A stretch of 64,000 nucleotides of DNA, taken from Thermoplasmatota archaeon (lineage in GTDB: Archaea; Thermoplasmatota; Poseidoniia; Poseidoniales; Poseidoniaceae). The stretch lies in NCBI GenBank assembly GCA_036160375.1, contig JAYYDY010000068.1, forward strand, positions 169 through 64,168, in the 5' to 3' direction. How positions within the stretch are numbered: position 1 is the first letter of the stretch; every line of letters begins with the position of its first letter. This document shows positions 49,149 through 58,485 of this stretch, one piece after another. A program made the translations under genes and the position numbers. The notes beneath the pieces were generated by a model that saw only the letters and a list, made by a program, of their open reading frames with translations, searched no databases and was not told the origin of the DNA.

Positions 49149-49818
49149 GGACCAGCGTCCCGGCCCAACCTTCCTTGGCGCCCACCTGTTCTGGCGTGAT
49201 GTCGATAAAACCGGCTGCTTCCAGCCCGGCGGTCCACTCGTCGATGCTGAGGAGCGCCATGTGGACGTTCAACGACGGCCCCCAGTCGTGGCTTGACGGG
49301 TTTTCGGTGTAGTGGTCGACCCCGATGACAAGTCGCCCGCCGGGGTTCATCCACTCGTCGTGCATGGTATGGAGAAAGGCCAGCGGGTCCTCGAGATAGT
49401 ACAGGCATTCCATCGTGTGGACCAAATCCACGGGTTTGTCTGGCTTCCAATCCGGGAGCATGGCTTCCACGTAGTCGCCCGCCGGGTCAAGAGCCCGTGC
49501 TTTGGCGATCATCGAAGGTGCGCCATCCACGCCGCTGGCGTGGACGCACAGGTCGTGAGCGGCAAGCCGACGGACGACCCAACCGTTTCCGCATCCGATG
49601 TCCATCGCTGTGAACGGACGGTTCCACCCGTAGAGGAGGCGGTCAAGCATCACGTCCACGCTGGCGCTGTGGCCGCGTTCCATGCCTTCATCCCGACCGA
49701 CGTCGGCCCATTCGCTGAACAAATCCGTCGCCGGTCGCAGGCTCATGCAAGGTTGCCACCCGCGGCGTCTCATGAAGGTGTTCATGGCGAAAGGAAGATG
49801 CACGGCGTTGCTTTCCAA
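49123..49818 (-). CDS. class I SAM-dependent methyltransferase
   Basis: Motif I is AMDIGCGNGWVVRRL, with a post-I acidic residue and GGRLVIGV. The start is uncertain (Met1 49818, Met12 or Met25 49746). The 3' end overlaps addA by 26 nt. Confidence 0.72.
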   Translation of the reverse strand: MESNAVHLPFAMNTFMRRRGWQPCMSLRPATDLFSEWADVGRDEGMERGHSASVDVMLDRLLYGWNRPFTAMDIGCGNGWVVRRLAAHDLCVHASGVDGAPSMIAKARALDPAGDYVEAMLPDWKPDKPVDLVHTMECLYYLEDPLAFLHTMHDEWMNPGGRLVIGVDHYTENPSSHDWGPSLNVHMALLSIDEWTAGLEAAGFIDITPEQVGAKEGWAGTLVLTAHRRGD

Positions 49819-49823
49819 GGTCC

Positions 49824-50786
49824 ATGCTTGACACCACCACGACGCTGGCCGATGTTCTCTACCCGCCCATCGAAGCGCACACCACTGGCATGCTCGCTGT
49901 CTCGGACATGCACACCATCGCCTGGGAGCAAAGCGGAAATCCCGATGGCATTCCTGTCGTGGTCATTCACGGTGGTCCCGGCGGTGGCGGTCAGCCTTCC
50001 TACCGGCAGTACTTCGACCCTGAGGCGTTCAACATCGTGCAGTTTGATCAGCGAGGCTGCGGCCAATCCACGCCGTATGCTGAACTGGAGGACAACAACA
50101 CGCACGCCTCGGTGAGTGATTTGGAAACCCTCCGCGAACACTTGGGCATTGAAACGTGGCACGTGTTCGGTGGCTCATGGGGCTCCACCCTGTCCCTCAT
50201 CTATGCGCAGCATCATCCTCAGCGGGTCCGAAGTTTGGTCCTCCGTGGCATCTTCATGTGTCGGAAATCCGAACTGCACTGGTTCTATCAGGACGGTGCC
50301 AGCCACCTCTTCCCCGACGCCTTTGCGCCCTACCGCGACCACATCCCCGAAGCGGAACAAGCCGACCTGATTCGTGCCTACTACGCTCGACTGACCAGCG
50401 ATGACGTCGAGGTTCGTCGTGCGGCCGCCAAGGAGTGGACGCGCTGGGAGATGGCCACCAGTCGCCTGTTCCCCGACCCGGAATACCTTGACAAGGCCGA
50501 AGACCTCGATTTCGCCGTGGCGTTTGCCCGCATCGAGTGCCACTACTTCATCAACGCCATTTTCGTTGAGGAAGCCTACATTCTCAACCACGTTGATGCC
50601 ATTCAACACATCCCAACGGTCATCGTGCAGGGCCGCTACGACGTGGTCTGCCCGCCGCGCAGTGCTTGGGAACTCCACCAAGCGATGCCGCAGAGCCGAC
50701 TGGTGATGGTGCCCGATGCAGGCCACTCGATGGGCGAGGTCAGCATCGCCCGTGAATTGGTGGCGGCGACCAACGCGCTTCGCTGA
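49824..50786 (+). CDS. pip: proline iminopeptidase (prolyl aminopeptidase)
   Basis: HGGPGGG, QRGCGQS, GGSWGSTL (GxSxG) and a C-terminal DAGHS are typical Pip motifs. Confidence 0.9.
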   Translation: MLDTTTTLADVLYPPIEAHTTGMLAVSDMHTIAWEQSGNPDGIPVVVIHGGPGGGGQPSYRQYFDPEAFNIVQFDQRGCGQSTPYAELEDNNTHASVSDLETLREHLGIETWHVFGGSWGSTLSLIYAQHHPQRVRSLVLRGIFMCRKSELHWFYQDGASHLFPDAFAPYRDHIPEAEQADLIRAYYARLTSDDVEVRRAAAKEWTRWEMATSRLFPDPEYLDKAEDLDFAVAFARIECHYFINAIFVEEAYILNHVDAIQHIPTVIVQGRYDVVCPPRSAWELHQAMPQSRLVMVPDAGHSMGEVSIARELVAATNALR

Positions 50787-50864
50787 GGAAAACATCGGCC
50801 AAGGCGTGCGAAATTGGTGCCCTTTCGAGCGTCGGCTTGATAGGGAGGAGTGAACTCGGTGAAG

Positions 50865-51662
50865 ATGGAGGCTTGCCCTCCGGGTGAAGACATGACGGAC
50901 GGAACCATCACGCCTGAGGTCCAAATCAAGCAACTCGAGGAAGCCTTGGCCACCGAAACGGACCGCTTGCAGAAACTCTTCGCCGCTTACGAGACGCAAG
51001 AGAAAGAGCTCGTTGACGCCAAGGCCGAAATCGAGGTGCTCGAGAAGGAGATCATCGACCGTGAGATTGAGAAGGAATCGCTCGAATCCATCATCGCCGA
51101 GAAGGACGTTCGTGTTCGTGAACTGGAGATGAAGGCCACGAAGAACTCCAAGCGAGTCGAACACCTCGAACCGGAACTTGAGAAGATGGAAGAGAAATAC
51201 TCTCGAGAAAAGGACCGCTTGGGCAAGGTCTTCGGCATCGCTGAAGAACTTGACAACGACCTCCGACTGGCGGTCACCGAAATGAAGGCCCGCGACGACT
51301 GGTACGTGGACCACATGCAGATTTTCGAAGACCTCAACAAGGCCATCAAGGAACGCTACGAGATGATCGAGCGAGCCGTTGAATCCGAGCGAAAGTCGCA
51401 GCACATGTCCCGTGCGTTCACCGAACGTGTCGAAGAGATGGTCCAGGCCCGTTCCGAAGAAATGGCAGAAGAAGAAGCCGCCTCGGCCGAGGCTGAAGAA
51501 GCCACGGCGGCCGTTGAGGTCGTCGAAGAGGCGCCCGCTGAAGTGACGCCTGCCGAACCCGAAGCACCTGCTCAGGAAGAGGAGGCCCCTGCCGAAGAGG
51601 CAGCCGAAGAAGAGGCGCCTGCTTCCTGGGGCGACAGTCAAGACCCCTGGGCTTCGGAGTAG
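50865..51662 (+). CDS. coiled-coil protein with Ala/Glu-rich acidic tail
   Basis: Heptad-like E/K/L-rich sequence over about 180 aa and tail ...EEEAPASWGDSQDPWASE*. GGGAGGAG lies upstream. The start could be GTG 50850/50859 or ATG 50865. Confidence 0.6.
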   Translation: MEACPPGEDMTDGTITPEVQIKQLEEALATETDRLQKLFAAYETQEKELVDAKAEIEVLEKEIIDREIEKESLESIIAEKDVRVRELEMKATKNSKRVEHLEPELEKMEEKYSREKDRLGKVFGIAEELDNDLRLAVTEMKARDDWYVDHMQIFEDLNKAIKERYEMIERAVESERKSQHMSRAFTERVEEMVQARSEEMAEEEAASAEAEEATAAVEVVEEAPAEVTPAEPEAPAQEEEAPAEEAAEEEAPASWGDSQDPWASE

Positions 51663-51670
51663 GTGATTGA

Positions 51671-52531
51671 ATGGCCGGGTTGGCCCCCGGTGGGCACAGC
51701 CCCGTCCTCACGCTTTCGATGATGGGCGTCAGCGCCCTCGTTATTGGGTCCATCATCAACCCGCTCGCCGGTTTGGTGCCGCTGTTTGGCATGGGCTGTC
51801 TCATGGCAGCCGTCTTCATGGGCTACTTTTGGCGAGACCCCGACCGACCGATTCCTCGTACACCTGGTGTCTTGGTCGCTCCCGCTGACGGTCATGTCAT
51901 GTTTTTGCGAAGAGAACGCGCAACCGGGCGCCGGCCCAGCAAGGAAGAAATGGACAGTGGCCGGTGCCAGTCCGACCCGTTGACGGGCGATTGGTACCCT
52001 GAACCGCTGAACGACCCGCTCAGTTTGACCACCGAACAGCGGTTCGAGCCTGTTCCCTCAGGCGAAGAAGCGCCCACCGATGTGTGGAGGATGGCGGTGT
52101 TCATGTCGCCCCTCGACGTCCACGTCAACCGTGCTCCTGGTGCCGGGCGCATTGAACGCATTGAACATCGAACGGGCAAAGGATTGCGTCGTGGTCCCTT
52201 CCGGCCCGCTTACACCAAAGAGAGCGAACACAACGAGCGGGTTCGCTCCGTTCACCGACTGGACAACGGCCACCGCATTGAGATCACGCAAATCTCAGGG
52301 GCGCTCGCCCGAACCGTGGTGCCTTACCTCTACGACGAGGATACGGTTCGTCGCGGCCAACGCATCGGCATGATTCGATTGGGCTCGAGAGTGGACCTTC
52401 GCGTCCCAGCCGAAGCATACATTTCTTCAATCATCACGGCGGAGGACAAGCACAAGGAGCACCCCAAAGGCATGCACGTGATGGCAGGCAGAAGCGTGGT
52501 GTTTGAATCAAAACAGGAGGAAGAAGAATGA
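51671..52531 (+). CDS. psd: phosphatidylserine (archaetidylserine) decarboxylase-family protein
   Basis: N-terminal TM helices, SPLDVHVNRAP and the proenzyme cleavage-type motif IGMIRLGSRVDL. It carries an insert of about 60 aa relative to the short PSDs I remember. Confidence 0.78.
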   Translation: MAGLAPGGHSPVLTLSMMGVSALVIGSIINPLAGLVPLFGMGCLMAAVFMGYFWRDPDRPIPRTPGVLVAPADGHVMFLRRERATGRRPSKEEMDSGRCQSDPLTGDWYPEPLNDPLSLTTEQRFEPVPSGEEAPTDVWRMAVFMSPLDVHVNRAPGAGRIERIEHRTGKGLRRGPFRPAYTKESEHNERVRSVHRLDNGHRIEITQISGALARTVVPYLYDEDTVRRGQRIGMIRLGSRVDLRVPAEAYISSIITAEDKHKEHPKGMHVMAGRSVVFESKQEEEE

Positions 52532-53601
52532 GCGGTTGGCGAAGAACGGTGCCTGCAGTGTTGTTGTTTCTGATCGTGAGCATGCCCGTGGTCTACTACC
52601 AGGCCGGCAACCTCGTCTACACGCAGGCAGCGGCGAGCAACCTCGAGTGTTCCGGTCATTCGGAACGCAACACGCCGGGTGAATTCAGCGTGGAACTCTG
52701 GCACGAAGACGTGAGCGTCGTCACCCACCAGAAGAACGAGACGTTGGCGGCCAACCTCGAACCGCTGTTCTTTGATTCATGGGACAACTTCACGGTGGAG
52801 ATGCCGGAAGAATCCATCTCACTGGTCGGCTGGGTGATGGAACATGACGCCTCTCAACCTTGGGTTATCCTCGTTCACGGCATCCGTTCCTGCAAGGCCA
52901 ACCACGAGGTGTTGATTCCAGCCGCTTGGCTGTATCAAGCCGGTTTCAACGTCGTGCTCTTTGACATGCGCGACCATGGTGAAAGCACGGTTGAAGACGG
53001 TTTGGTGTCCGCCGGTCAGCGCGAGTACCGTGATATCTTGGCCGTGTGGCAGTGGATCCAAGACGAGAAGGACGTCCCGCCTGAGCGGATCGGCGCTCTG
53101 GGCATTTCCCTTGGGGCAGGGGCCCTCGCCATCGCCTTTGAGCAGGAACCGCAGTTCCAATCCATCTTCCTCGAATCGTCGTTCTCCTCCATGGGCACCA
53201 TCATCGAAGAAGAACTTCAGTTTGCTGGATTCCCCGTCTTCTTGACGGACGCGGCCATCTTTGCTGGCAAGGTCTCCTCGGGTGATAACTTGGTCAAATA
53301 CGAACCCATCAACGCCATGAAGGCCGTAGGCGATCGTGCGGTCTTCATCACCCAATCCCTTGAAGACATCCGCATCAACATTCATCACGGCGAGTCCATG
53401 TGCGAGGCGGCGCAAGCCAGCGTTTCGCAGGACGGTATGGCCGAATGCTGGTTCGAATCCTCCGGCGTGGCTCACAACGACCGCGACCAGGAAGGCATCC
53501 TGTCTCACATCACCCTGATGCTGACGCAACCCGATGAATACCGAGACCGAATGGTGTCGTTCTTTGAGCAAAGCATCGGTCAGCCGGATGCGGTGGTTTG
53601 A
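52528..53601 (+). CDS. membrane-anchored alpha/beta hydrolase
   Basis: ATGA overlap with the psd stop; N-terminal TM; VILVHGIRS; nucleophile elbow LGISLGAG; distal ..D...H pattern. Confidence 0.72.
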   Translation: MSGWRRTVPAVLLFLIVSMPVVYYQAGNLVYTQAAASNLECSGHSERNTPGEFSVELWHEDVSVVTHQKNETLAANLEPLFFDSWDNFTVEMPEESISLVGWVMEHDASQPWVILVHGIRSCKANHEVLIPAAWLYQAGFNVVLFDMRDHGESTVEDGLVSAGQREYRDILAVWQWIQDEKDVPPERIGALGISLGAGALAIAFEQEPQFQSIFLESSFSSMGTIIEEELQFAGFPVFLTDAAIFAGKVSSGDNLVKYEPINAMKAVGDRAVFITQSLEDIRINIHHGESMCEAAQASVSQDGMAECWFESSGVAHNDRDQEGILSHITLMLTQPDEYRDRMVSFFEQSIGQPDAVV

Positions 53602-53637
53602 AACGAGGGACGCTGAGGGCTTTCCGAGGTGGACAGC

Positions 53638-54804
53638 ATGACGGGCCCCAATCCTTTGCCGTTGCTTGGAAGCGGGCAGAAAGGGCTTCGCATCCACGAC
53701 TTGGTGAAAGCGCCTGCCAACACGCCTTGGGCCAAAGCCAAGCAGCAATCCTGGGATGCGAGTGAACCCGCCACGGTCTACACCACCCCCGAGGTGTTGG
53801 CCGACGGAACGCCGTGCAGCGCCGTCACCGTCATTCTGCGAACCAAGGGTTGCCACTGGTGGTGGTCGTCCGGTTGCACGTTCTGCGGCTACTTCAACGA
53901 CACACGGGACGACGTGACCAACGAGGACCTTCATGCGCAGTGGGCAGCGGCCAAGGCCAAGTTTGACGATTTCAAAGACCAAGCAATGGTCAAGGTCTAC
54001 ACCTCCGGCAGCCTGTTGGAAGACCGGGAAATTCCCGTCGAATTCCAGGAAACCGTGCTTCGAGAATGCGCCGAGATGGACAAGGAACTCATCGTCGAGA
54101 GCCGTTGTGAGCAACTCACCGAGGAGAAGCTCGCTTGGGCGACGGCCATCAACCCGGATTTCACCGTAGCGATTGGACTGGAGGCCTACGATGACGAAGT
54201 CTTGCGGTTCCATGTCAACAAAGGGTTCACCACCAAATCGTGGGATCGGGCCGTTGAAAACTTGAAAAAATTCGATCTCCGTATCAAGACCTACCTGATG
54301 TTCAAGCCTCCGTTCATGAGCGAAGCCGATGCGCTTGACCATTGCGTTGCGTGGATTGGAGCGGTGGCCGAACAATCCGATGAGATCTCGGTCAACCCGA
54401 TGAACATCCAGCGCGGGACGGTCATCGACCGACTTCATCGACACAACGAGTATCGCCCACCGTGGTTGTGGTCGTTGGTCGACATGATTCGACGAGCCCA
54501 CCCACTCATCCACCCGGAAGGCGGCATCAACGGCGATGCAGACCAAGTGGCCCGCCTCATCGTTCATCCAACGGCTGGAGGAAAAATCCGCGGCTCTCAC
54601 AACTGTGGTCAGTGTGACGCCGAGGTCGTTGCAGCGATTGAGCGCTACGCGGTTTCAGGGAGTCTGTTGGAATTTGAAGGTCTCTCATGCGGCTGTGAAG
54701 CGGTTTGGCAGGCTGAGGTGCAGCTGGAGCGCCAACTTCCCGTTCCCCTCGGGTTGTCAAAGCCTCGCCGTGGTTCGCCCGTCCATCGTCTGCGCTCCCC
54801 CTAA
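53638..54804 (+). CDS. radical SAM protein, TIGR01210-type (RaSEA-like, archaeosine pathway)
   Basis: VILRTKGCHWWWSSGCTFCGY (C-x7-C-x2-C) and overall length match my memory of the TIGR01210 family. GTG 53629 is an alternative start. Confidence 0.7.
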   Translation: MTGPNPLPLLGSGQKGLRIHDLVKAPANTPWAKAKQQSWDASEPATVYTTPEVLADGTPCSAVTVILRTKGCHWWWSSGCTFCGYFNDTRDDVTNEDLHAQWAAAKAKFDDFKDQAMVKVYTSGSLLEDREIPVEFQETVLRECAEMDKELIVESRCEQLTEEKLAWATAINPDFTVAIGLEAYDDEVLRFHVNKGFTTKSWDRAVENLKKFDLRIKTYLMFKPPFMSEADALDHCVAWIGAVAEQSDEISVNPMNIQRGTVIDRLHRHNEYRPPWLWSLVDMIRRAHPLIHPEGGINGDADQVARLIVHPTAGGKIRGSHNCGQCDAEVVAAIERYAVSGSLLEFEGLSCGCEAVWQAEVQLERQLPVPLGLSKPRRGSPVHRLRSP

Positions 54805-54875
54805 GCGAGGGCCTGCATGGCAAAATTCCGTTGTCAAAGTGGTCAATGTTTATCACCGGATGTTTCGTCGCAGGA

Positions 54876-54894
54876 TTGACCCCTATGGGGTCAA
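54876..54894. promoter_or_regulatory. perfect 8-bp-arm palindrome/hairpin
   Basis: TTGACCCC-TAT-GGGGTCAA lies 15 nt upstream of ATG 54910 and 72 nt after the radical SAM stop, in a locally low-GC spacer. Confidence 0.3.
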
Positions 54895-54909
54895 CTTGAG
54901 GTAATCCGT

Positions 54910-55182
54910 ATGACGAACTCCAGAGCCCTCCCCGACACGACCGTCGGAACGGGAGAACCCGCAGCCAGTCGCATCGTCCTGACCCTGTTCTTTGTTGGGA
55001 TTCTCGGCCTCTATTCCTTGTTTTCAAACGTCTTCGGTTGGGACAACCTTCCGCTGCTTGGCGAACTCGTGCCCTTGGTTCAAAACCTGGGCGGCAGCGG
55101 CATCTGGTACTACCTCATCGGCTTCTTGATTGGTATTGGTGCCATTGTGGCGACCTTGGTGGGAGAGGTCCTCGCCGAGTGA
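54910..55182 (+). CDS. small two-TM membrane protein
   Basis: 90 aa with two clear hydrophobic helices. GAGGTAA lies upstream. It sits 14 nt before the large membrane protein gene. Confidence 0.5.
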   Translation: MTNSRALPDTTVGTGEPAASRIVLTLFFVGILGLYSLFSNVFGWDNLPLLGELVPLVQNLGGSGIWYYLIGFLIGIGAIVATLVGEVLAE

Positions 55183-55196
55183 AGGAGGTGTGATGC

Positions 55197-57182
55197 ATGG
55201 AACTCATTTTCATCGCTGGTGGCGCCCTACTTGCGCTTCTCTTCCTTCTTGCCCAATCCCTCTCCAAAGGCGTCGGAACCGTGGGCGGGGCCCTCAAGCA
55301 AATCGGCTTGTTCGTTCTCCAGAAGAACCCACCCGGTCTCGTCGACATCTTCGACGACAAGGACGGCAGTGGTTCCCGAACATGGATGAACTTCGGCATG
55401 CTGTGGCTGGTGTTCGCCACGCTCCTTGGCTTCCTCATGGGTTGGCACACCTACGATCCAACGGCGCTCGATTCGTTGGCCAGCGTGGGTTGGTCATACG
55501 ACGACGGCTCTTCGCTCAAGGATGCAACGCTGAACTTCCTCTCCATCGCCCTGCTGTACGGGTTGGTGGGCAGCGGCATGGTCGCTGCTGCACGAAACGG
55601 CAACGGTCGCTTGGCCAGCGAAGCCAACGCCTCCATGGTCGCCCTGCTTCTGTCGGTCGTGCTCCTCGCCACCTACATCTTGCCGTTCATCTTCGGCTTC
55701 CTCGACATCGACACCTCGGAAAATCCGACTCGAACCGTGCTCTACAGTTTGGAAACCCTCGCTGTTGGTTTGTTGCTGGTTCCGGTGTTCATCAACATCC
55801 TCATCACCGCTGCGAACCGCGGCGAGCAGGAACTTCAAACGAGCGTATGGTTCCTCATCATGGGCATCGCTGCTTACATCCTGTCCATGCTCTACATGTT
55901 CTTCGGCGAACTGGCCGATGCGACTCAAATGGTGTGGCTGGCCGAGCGTGTGGCCTACGGCTGGGTGCCGTTGGCGCTCATGTTTTCGGTGGGCTACCAC
56001 GTCATCCCCATGACGGCCAAGCAACCGATTTGGTCCGGCTCCCTTCGAGGGGCCAGCATGTTGCTGTTGTTCATCACCATCCCGCCGTTCTTCATGACCG
56101 ATGCATCGGCCAGCAACTTTGTCACCAACCTCGGTGCCATTCTGTTGACGCTGGGCGTCTTGCCCATCTTTGCCGCCTCGATCAACCTGCTGATGACCGC
56201 CAGCTCCGGTCTCAGCGCCGTGGTCAAACAACCGGGGGCCATCGCTGCCAGCATGGCGTTCATCGCCCTTCCCTTCTTTGCCATCGGTGGCTACTTCACC
56301 GCCATGGACACGTTCGTTGGTACGGGTGAACTCGGCACCATGGGCGACATCGTCAACATGAGCATGCTGTTCACCGTGGGGGGCCTTCTGGTTCTCGCCG
56401 GTGCCTTCACGAACTACCCGAACGCCATTGGCAAATCCCTGGCTACGCCGTCCACGGCCACCTTGGCCACCTGGTTGGTCTTCGTCGGTGGTGTGGCTTC
56501 GACCCTCACCTACCTCACGGGTGAATTCACCTCCAACGCCGTCGCTGCTTCTGAGATTGAAGACGTCGTTGCCAACAACGGTGGCTTCTACCTGACCGGT
56601 GCAGCCTTGTTCTACCTGGCCGCCATCGGCGCCATTCTGTCCACGATGGTCGTCATCCGAACGGGCATTGCTTCCACGGGACGTTCCATCGAAGTCAACG
56701 ATGTTTCCGACGTGGCCACTTACACGCTGACCTCCGGGTCCTCCACCACCATTCGGGACCTCATCGGCCGAGGTGTGGGCGTTGACACGACCCTTGTGGT
56801 CAGTGAGACCGAAGCCAACGAAGGAGGTTCAACCGTCATTGCCGTGGATTCAGCGCTTCACAACGACGAGGTCAAGGAATTCCCCACCACCGCTTCCACT
56901 GTGATGGTTGAATTTGTTCAGTACCTCACCAACACCAACCAGTCGGTGTTTGAGTTGTTCCGAAGCATGGACCTGGACGACTCCGGTAAAATCGACAGCC
57001 GAGAATTCCTGGCTGCCCTCGAAGCCTCGGACGTTGAAGCTCTGTCTTCATTGGAAGCCGCGGAACTGGTTGAGAGCATGGATTTGGACGGCGACGGTGA
57101 ACTCAACCTCCCCGAGCTTGACATCGCCATCGCCCAGATCAAGCGAGACCACGACATCGTGGCGGCTCAAGAAGAGGAGTGA
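55197..57182 (+). CDS. polytopic membrane protein (about 12 or more TM) with C-terminal soluble domain and EF-hand pair
   Basis: Many hydrophobic helices. The C-terminal DLDDSGKIDSRE (56970-57005) and DLDGDGELNLPE (57081-57116) are canonical 12-residue EF-hand loops. Confidence 0.7.
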   Translation: MELIFIAGGALLALLFLLAQSLSKGVGTVGGALKQIGLFVLQKNPPGLVDIFDDKDGSGSRTWMNFGMLWLVFATLLGFLMGWHTYDPTALDSLASVGWSYDDGSSLKDATLNFLSIALLYGLVGSGMVAAARNGNGRLASEANASMVALLLSVVLLATYILPFIFGFLDIDTSENPTRTVLYSLETLAVGLLLVPVFINILITAANRGEQELQTSVWFLIMGIAAYILSMLYMFFGELADATQMVWLAERVAYGWVPLALMFSVGYHVIPMTAKQPIWSGSLRGASMLLLFITIPPFFMTDASASNFVTNLGAILLTLGVLPIFAASINLLMTASSGLSAVVKQPGAIAASMAFIALPFFAIGGYFTAMDTFVGTGELGTMGDIVNMSMLFTVGGLLVLAGAFTNYPNAIGKSLATPSTATLATWLVFVGGVASTLTYLTGEFTSNAVAASEIEDVVANNGGFYLTGAALFYLAAIGAILSTMVVIRTGIASTGRSIEVNDVSDVATYTLTSGSSTTIRDLIGRGVGVDTTLVVSETEANEGGSTVIAVDSALHNDEVKEFPTTASTVMVEFVQYLTNTNQSVFELFRSMDLDDSGKIDSREFLAALEASDVEALSSLEAAELVESMDLDGDGELNLPELDIAIAQIKRDHDIVAAQEEE

Positions 57183-58483
57183 ACCCGCAGGGCGTGCTCA
57201 GGGTGCGCATTGGCCTCGTTGGGAAACCGAACGTTGGAAAGTCGACGTTCTTCAGCGCTGCCACGCTTGCCCAGGTTGACATTGCCAACTACCCCTTCTG
57301 TACCATCGACCCCAACGTCGGTGTGGCGTTTGTTGAGGCCCGTTTGGCGTGCCCGTGCAAGGACCTTCGAGAGAAGCTGGAAGGCGAAGGGCGACTCGAG
57401 CCTGCCGCTGACGACGATCCGCGCCAAGGCAGCCTCTGCGAGCCGAGGACCGGTTCCTGCGTCGGCCACCGCCGAAGCGTTCCCGTGGCGCTGGTCGACG
57501 TGGCGGGGCTTGTGCCGGGCGCAAGTGAAGGCCGCGGCCGTGGAAACGCCTTCTTGGCAGATTTGGCCAATTGTGACGTGCTCATCCAGGTCGTCGATGC
57601 CGCCGGCTCCACGGACATCGAGGGCCAGTTCAACGGTGCTTCAAACGACACCAACGTGGCGGTCGAAGCCGTTCGTGCAGAAATTGAGTTCCTTGAACAC
57701 GAATTGGATGCGTGGATCGGTGGTTTGCTGGAAGACGGTTGGAACCGAGGTGTGCGCCGGGTGCAGGCCGAAGGCGAGAAGGGTTTGACATCCTTCGTTC
57801 ATGAACGCCTCAGCGGTCTCGGCGCCACTCCTGTCAAGGTGGCACAAGCGATGTTTGAATTCAACCAGCGACACACCTCCGAGGCTCAACCCTGGGATTG
57901 GGATGCGACCTCGCTCCATCTTTTGGGCGAGTGCATGCGCAAGCAGTTGTTCCCCATCGTCTACGCCGCCAACAAGATGGACATTGCACCATCCGACGTG
58001 CTCGAGGCCTTCTCCGACCGAACGATGGTGGCCTGCATGGCCGACATGGAACTGGCGCTTCGAAGGGCTGCTTCTTCAGGCCTCATCGACTACCAAAGCG
58101 GGCAATCCTCCTTCACGGTTCATCCTGGCGCTTCCCTGAACGAGGCGCAGCAAAAGGCACTCTCACACATGAACCAGCGGCTCGAACAGGCCGGTGGAAC
58201 GGGGCTCGCTCGTCTCATGGACGAGGTCCTTTTCGACCAACTCAACCACATCGTGGTCTATCCTGTGCAAGACGAATCGCACTGGGTCGACGGCGACGGA
58301 CGGGTGCTTCCTGATGCGTTCGTGGTCCCGTCCGGGCTCCATGCGAAAGCACTGGCTGGTCGCGTTCACACCGATTTGGAAGCAGGGTTCATCCGCGGCG
58401 TTGACGGACGCACACGTCGCGTGGTTGGCGCCGACCATGAATTGGGCGATGGCGACGTGCTGAAGATTCACGCCAAGTCGTGA
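57179..58483 (+). CDS. Obg/YchF-family GTP-binding protein with C-terminal TGS-like domain
   Basis: G1 is GLVGKPNVGKST, G3 is DVAGLV and G4 is NKMD; the C-terminal part has GDVLKI. The likely true start is GTG 57194 or 57203 (MRIGLVGKPN). Confidence 0.85.
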   Translation: MNPQGVLRVRIGLVGKPNVGKSTFFSAATLAQVDIANYPFCTIDPNVGVAFVEARLACPCKDLREKLEGEGRLEPAADDDPRQGSLCEPRTGSCVGHRRSVPVALVDVAGLVPGASEGRGRGNAFLADLANCDVLIQVVDAAGSTDIEGQFNGASNDTNVAVEAVRAEIEFLEHELDAWIGGLLEDGWNRGVRRVQAEGEKGLTSFVHERLSGLGATPVKVAQAMFEFNQRHTSEAQPWDWDATSLHLLGECMRKQLFPIVYAANKMDIAPSDVLEAFSDRTMVACMADMELALRRAASSGLIDYQSGQSSFTVHPGASLNEAQQKALSHMNQRLEQAGGTGLARLMDEVLFDQLNHIVVYPVQDESHWVDGDGRVLPDAFVVPSGLHAKALAGRVHTDLEAGFIRGVDGRTRRVVGADHELGDGDVLKIHAKS

Positions 58484-58485
58484 GT

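Noticed and set aside
50175-51641. 488-aa minus-strand ORF
   Set aside because: It is antisense to pip and the coiled-coil gene. The translation is F/G/R/L-rich junk (GRGLLFLSRCFGFGRRHFSGRLF).
52819-54600. 593-aa minus-strand ORF
   Set aside because: It is antisense to the alpha/beta hydrolase (GxSxG) and the radical SAM gene (CxxxxxxxCxxC). It has shadow-type composition.
54817-54879. 20-codon ORF MAKFRCQSGQCLSPDVSSQD right after the radical SAM gene, considered as a possible RiPP precursor
   Set aside because: The radical SAM protein looks like the tRNA-modifying TIGR01210 type rather than a peptide maturase. The mini-ORF has no SD, uses codons atypical for this GC-rich genome (tta, aaa) and overlaps the palindrome, so it is probably non-coding. 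Conservation in relatives would reopen the question.
55197-57182. Annotation as heme-copper oxidase subunit I (CcoN-like)
   Set aside because: The resemblance is limited to one helix-loop segment recalled from memory. The six conserved His ligands are absent, with only two His residues in the membrane domain.
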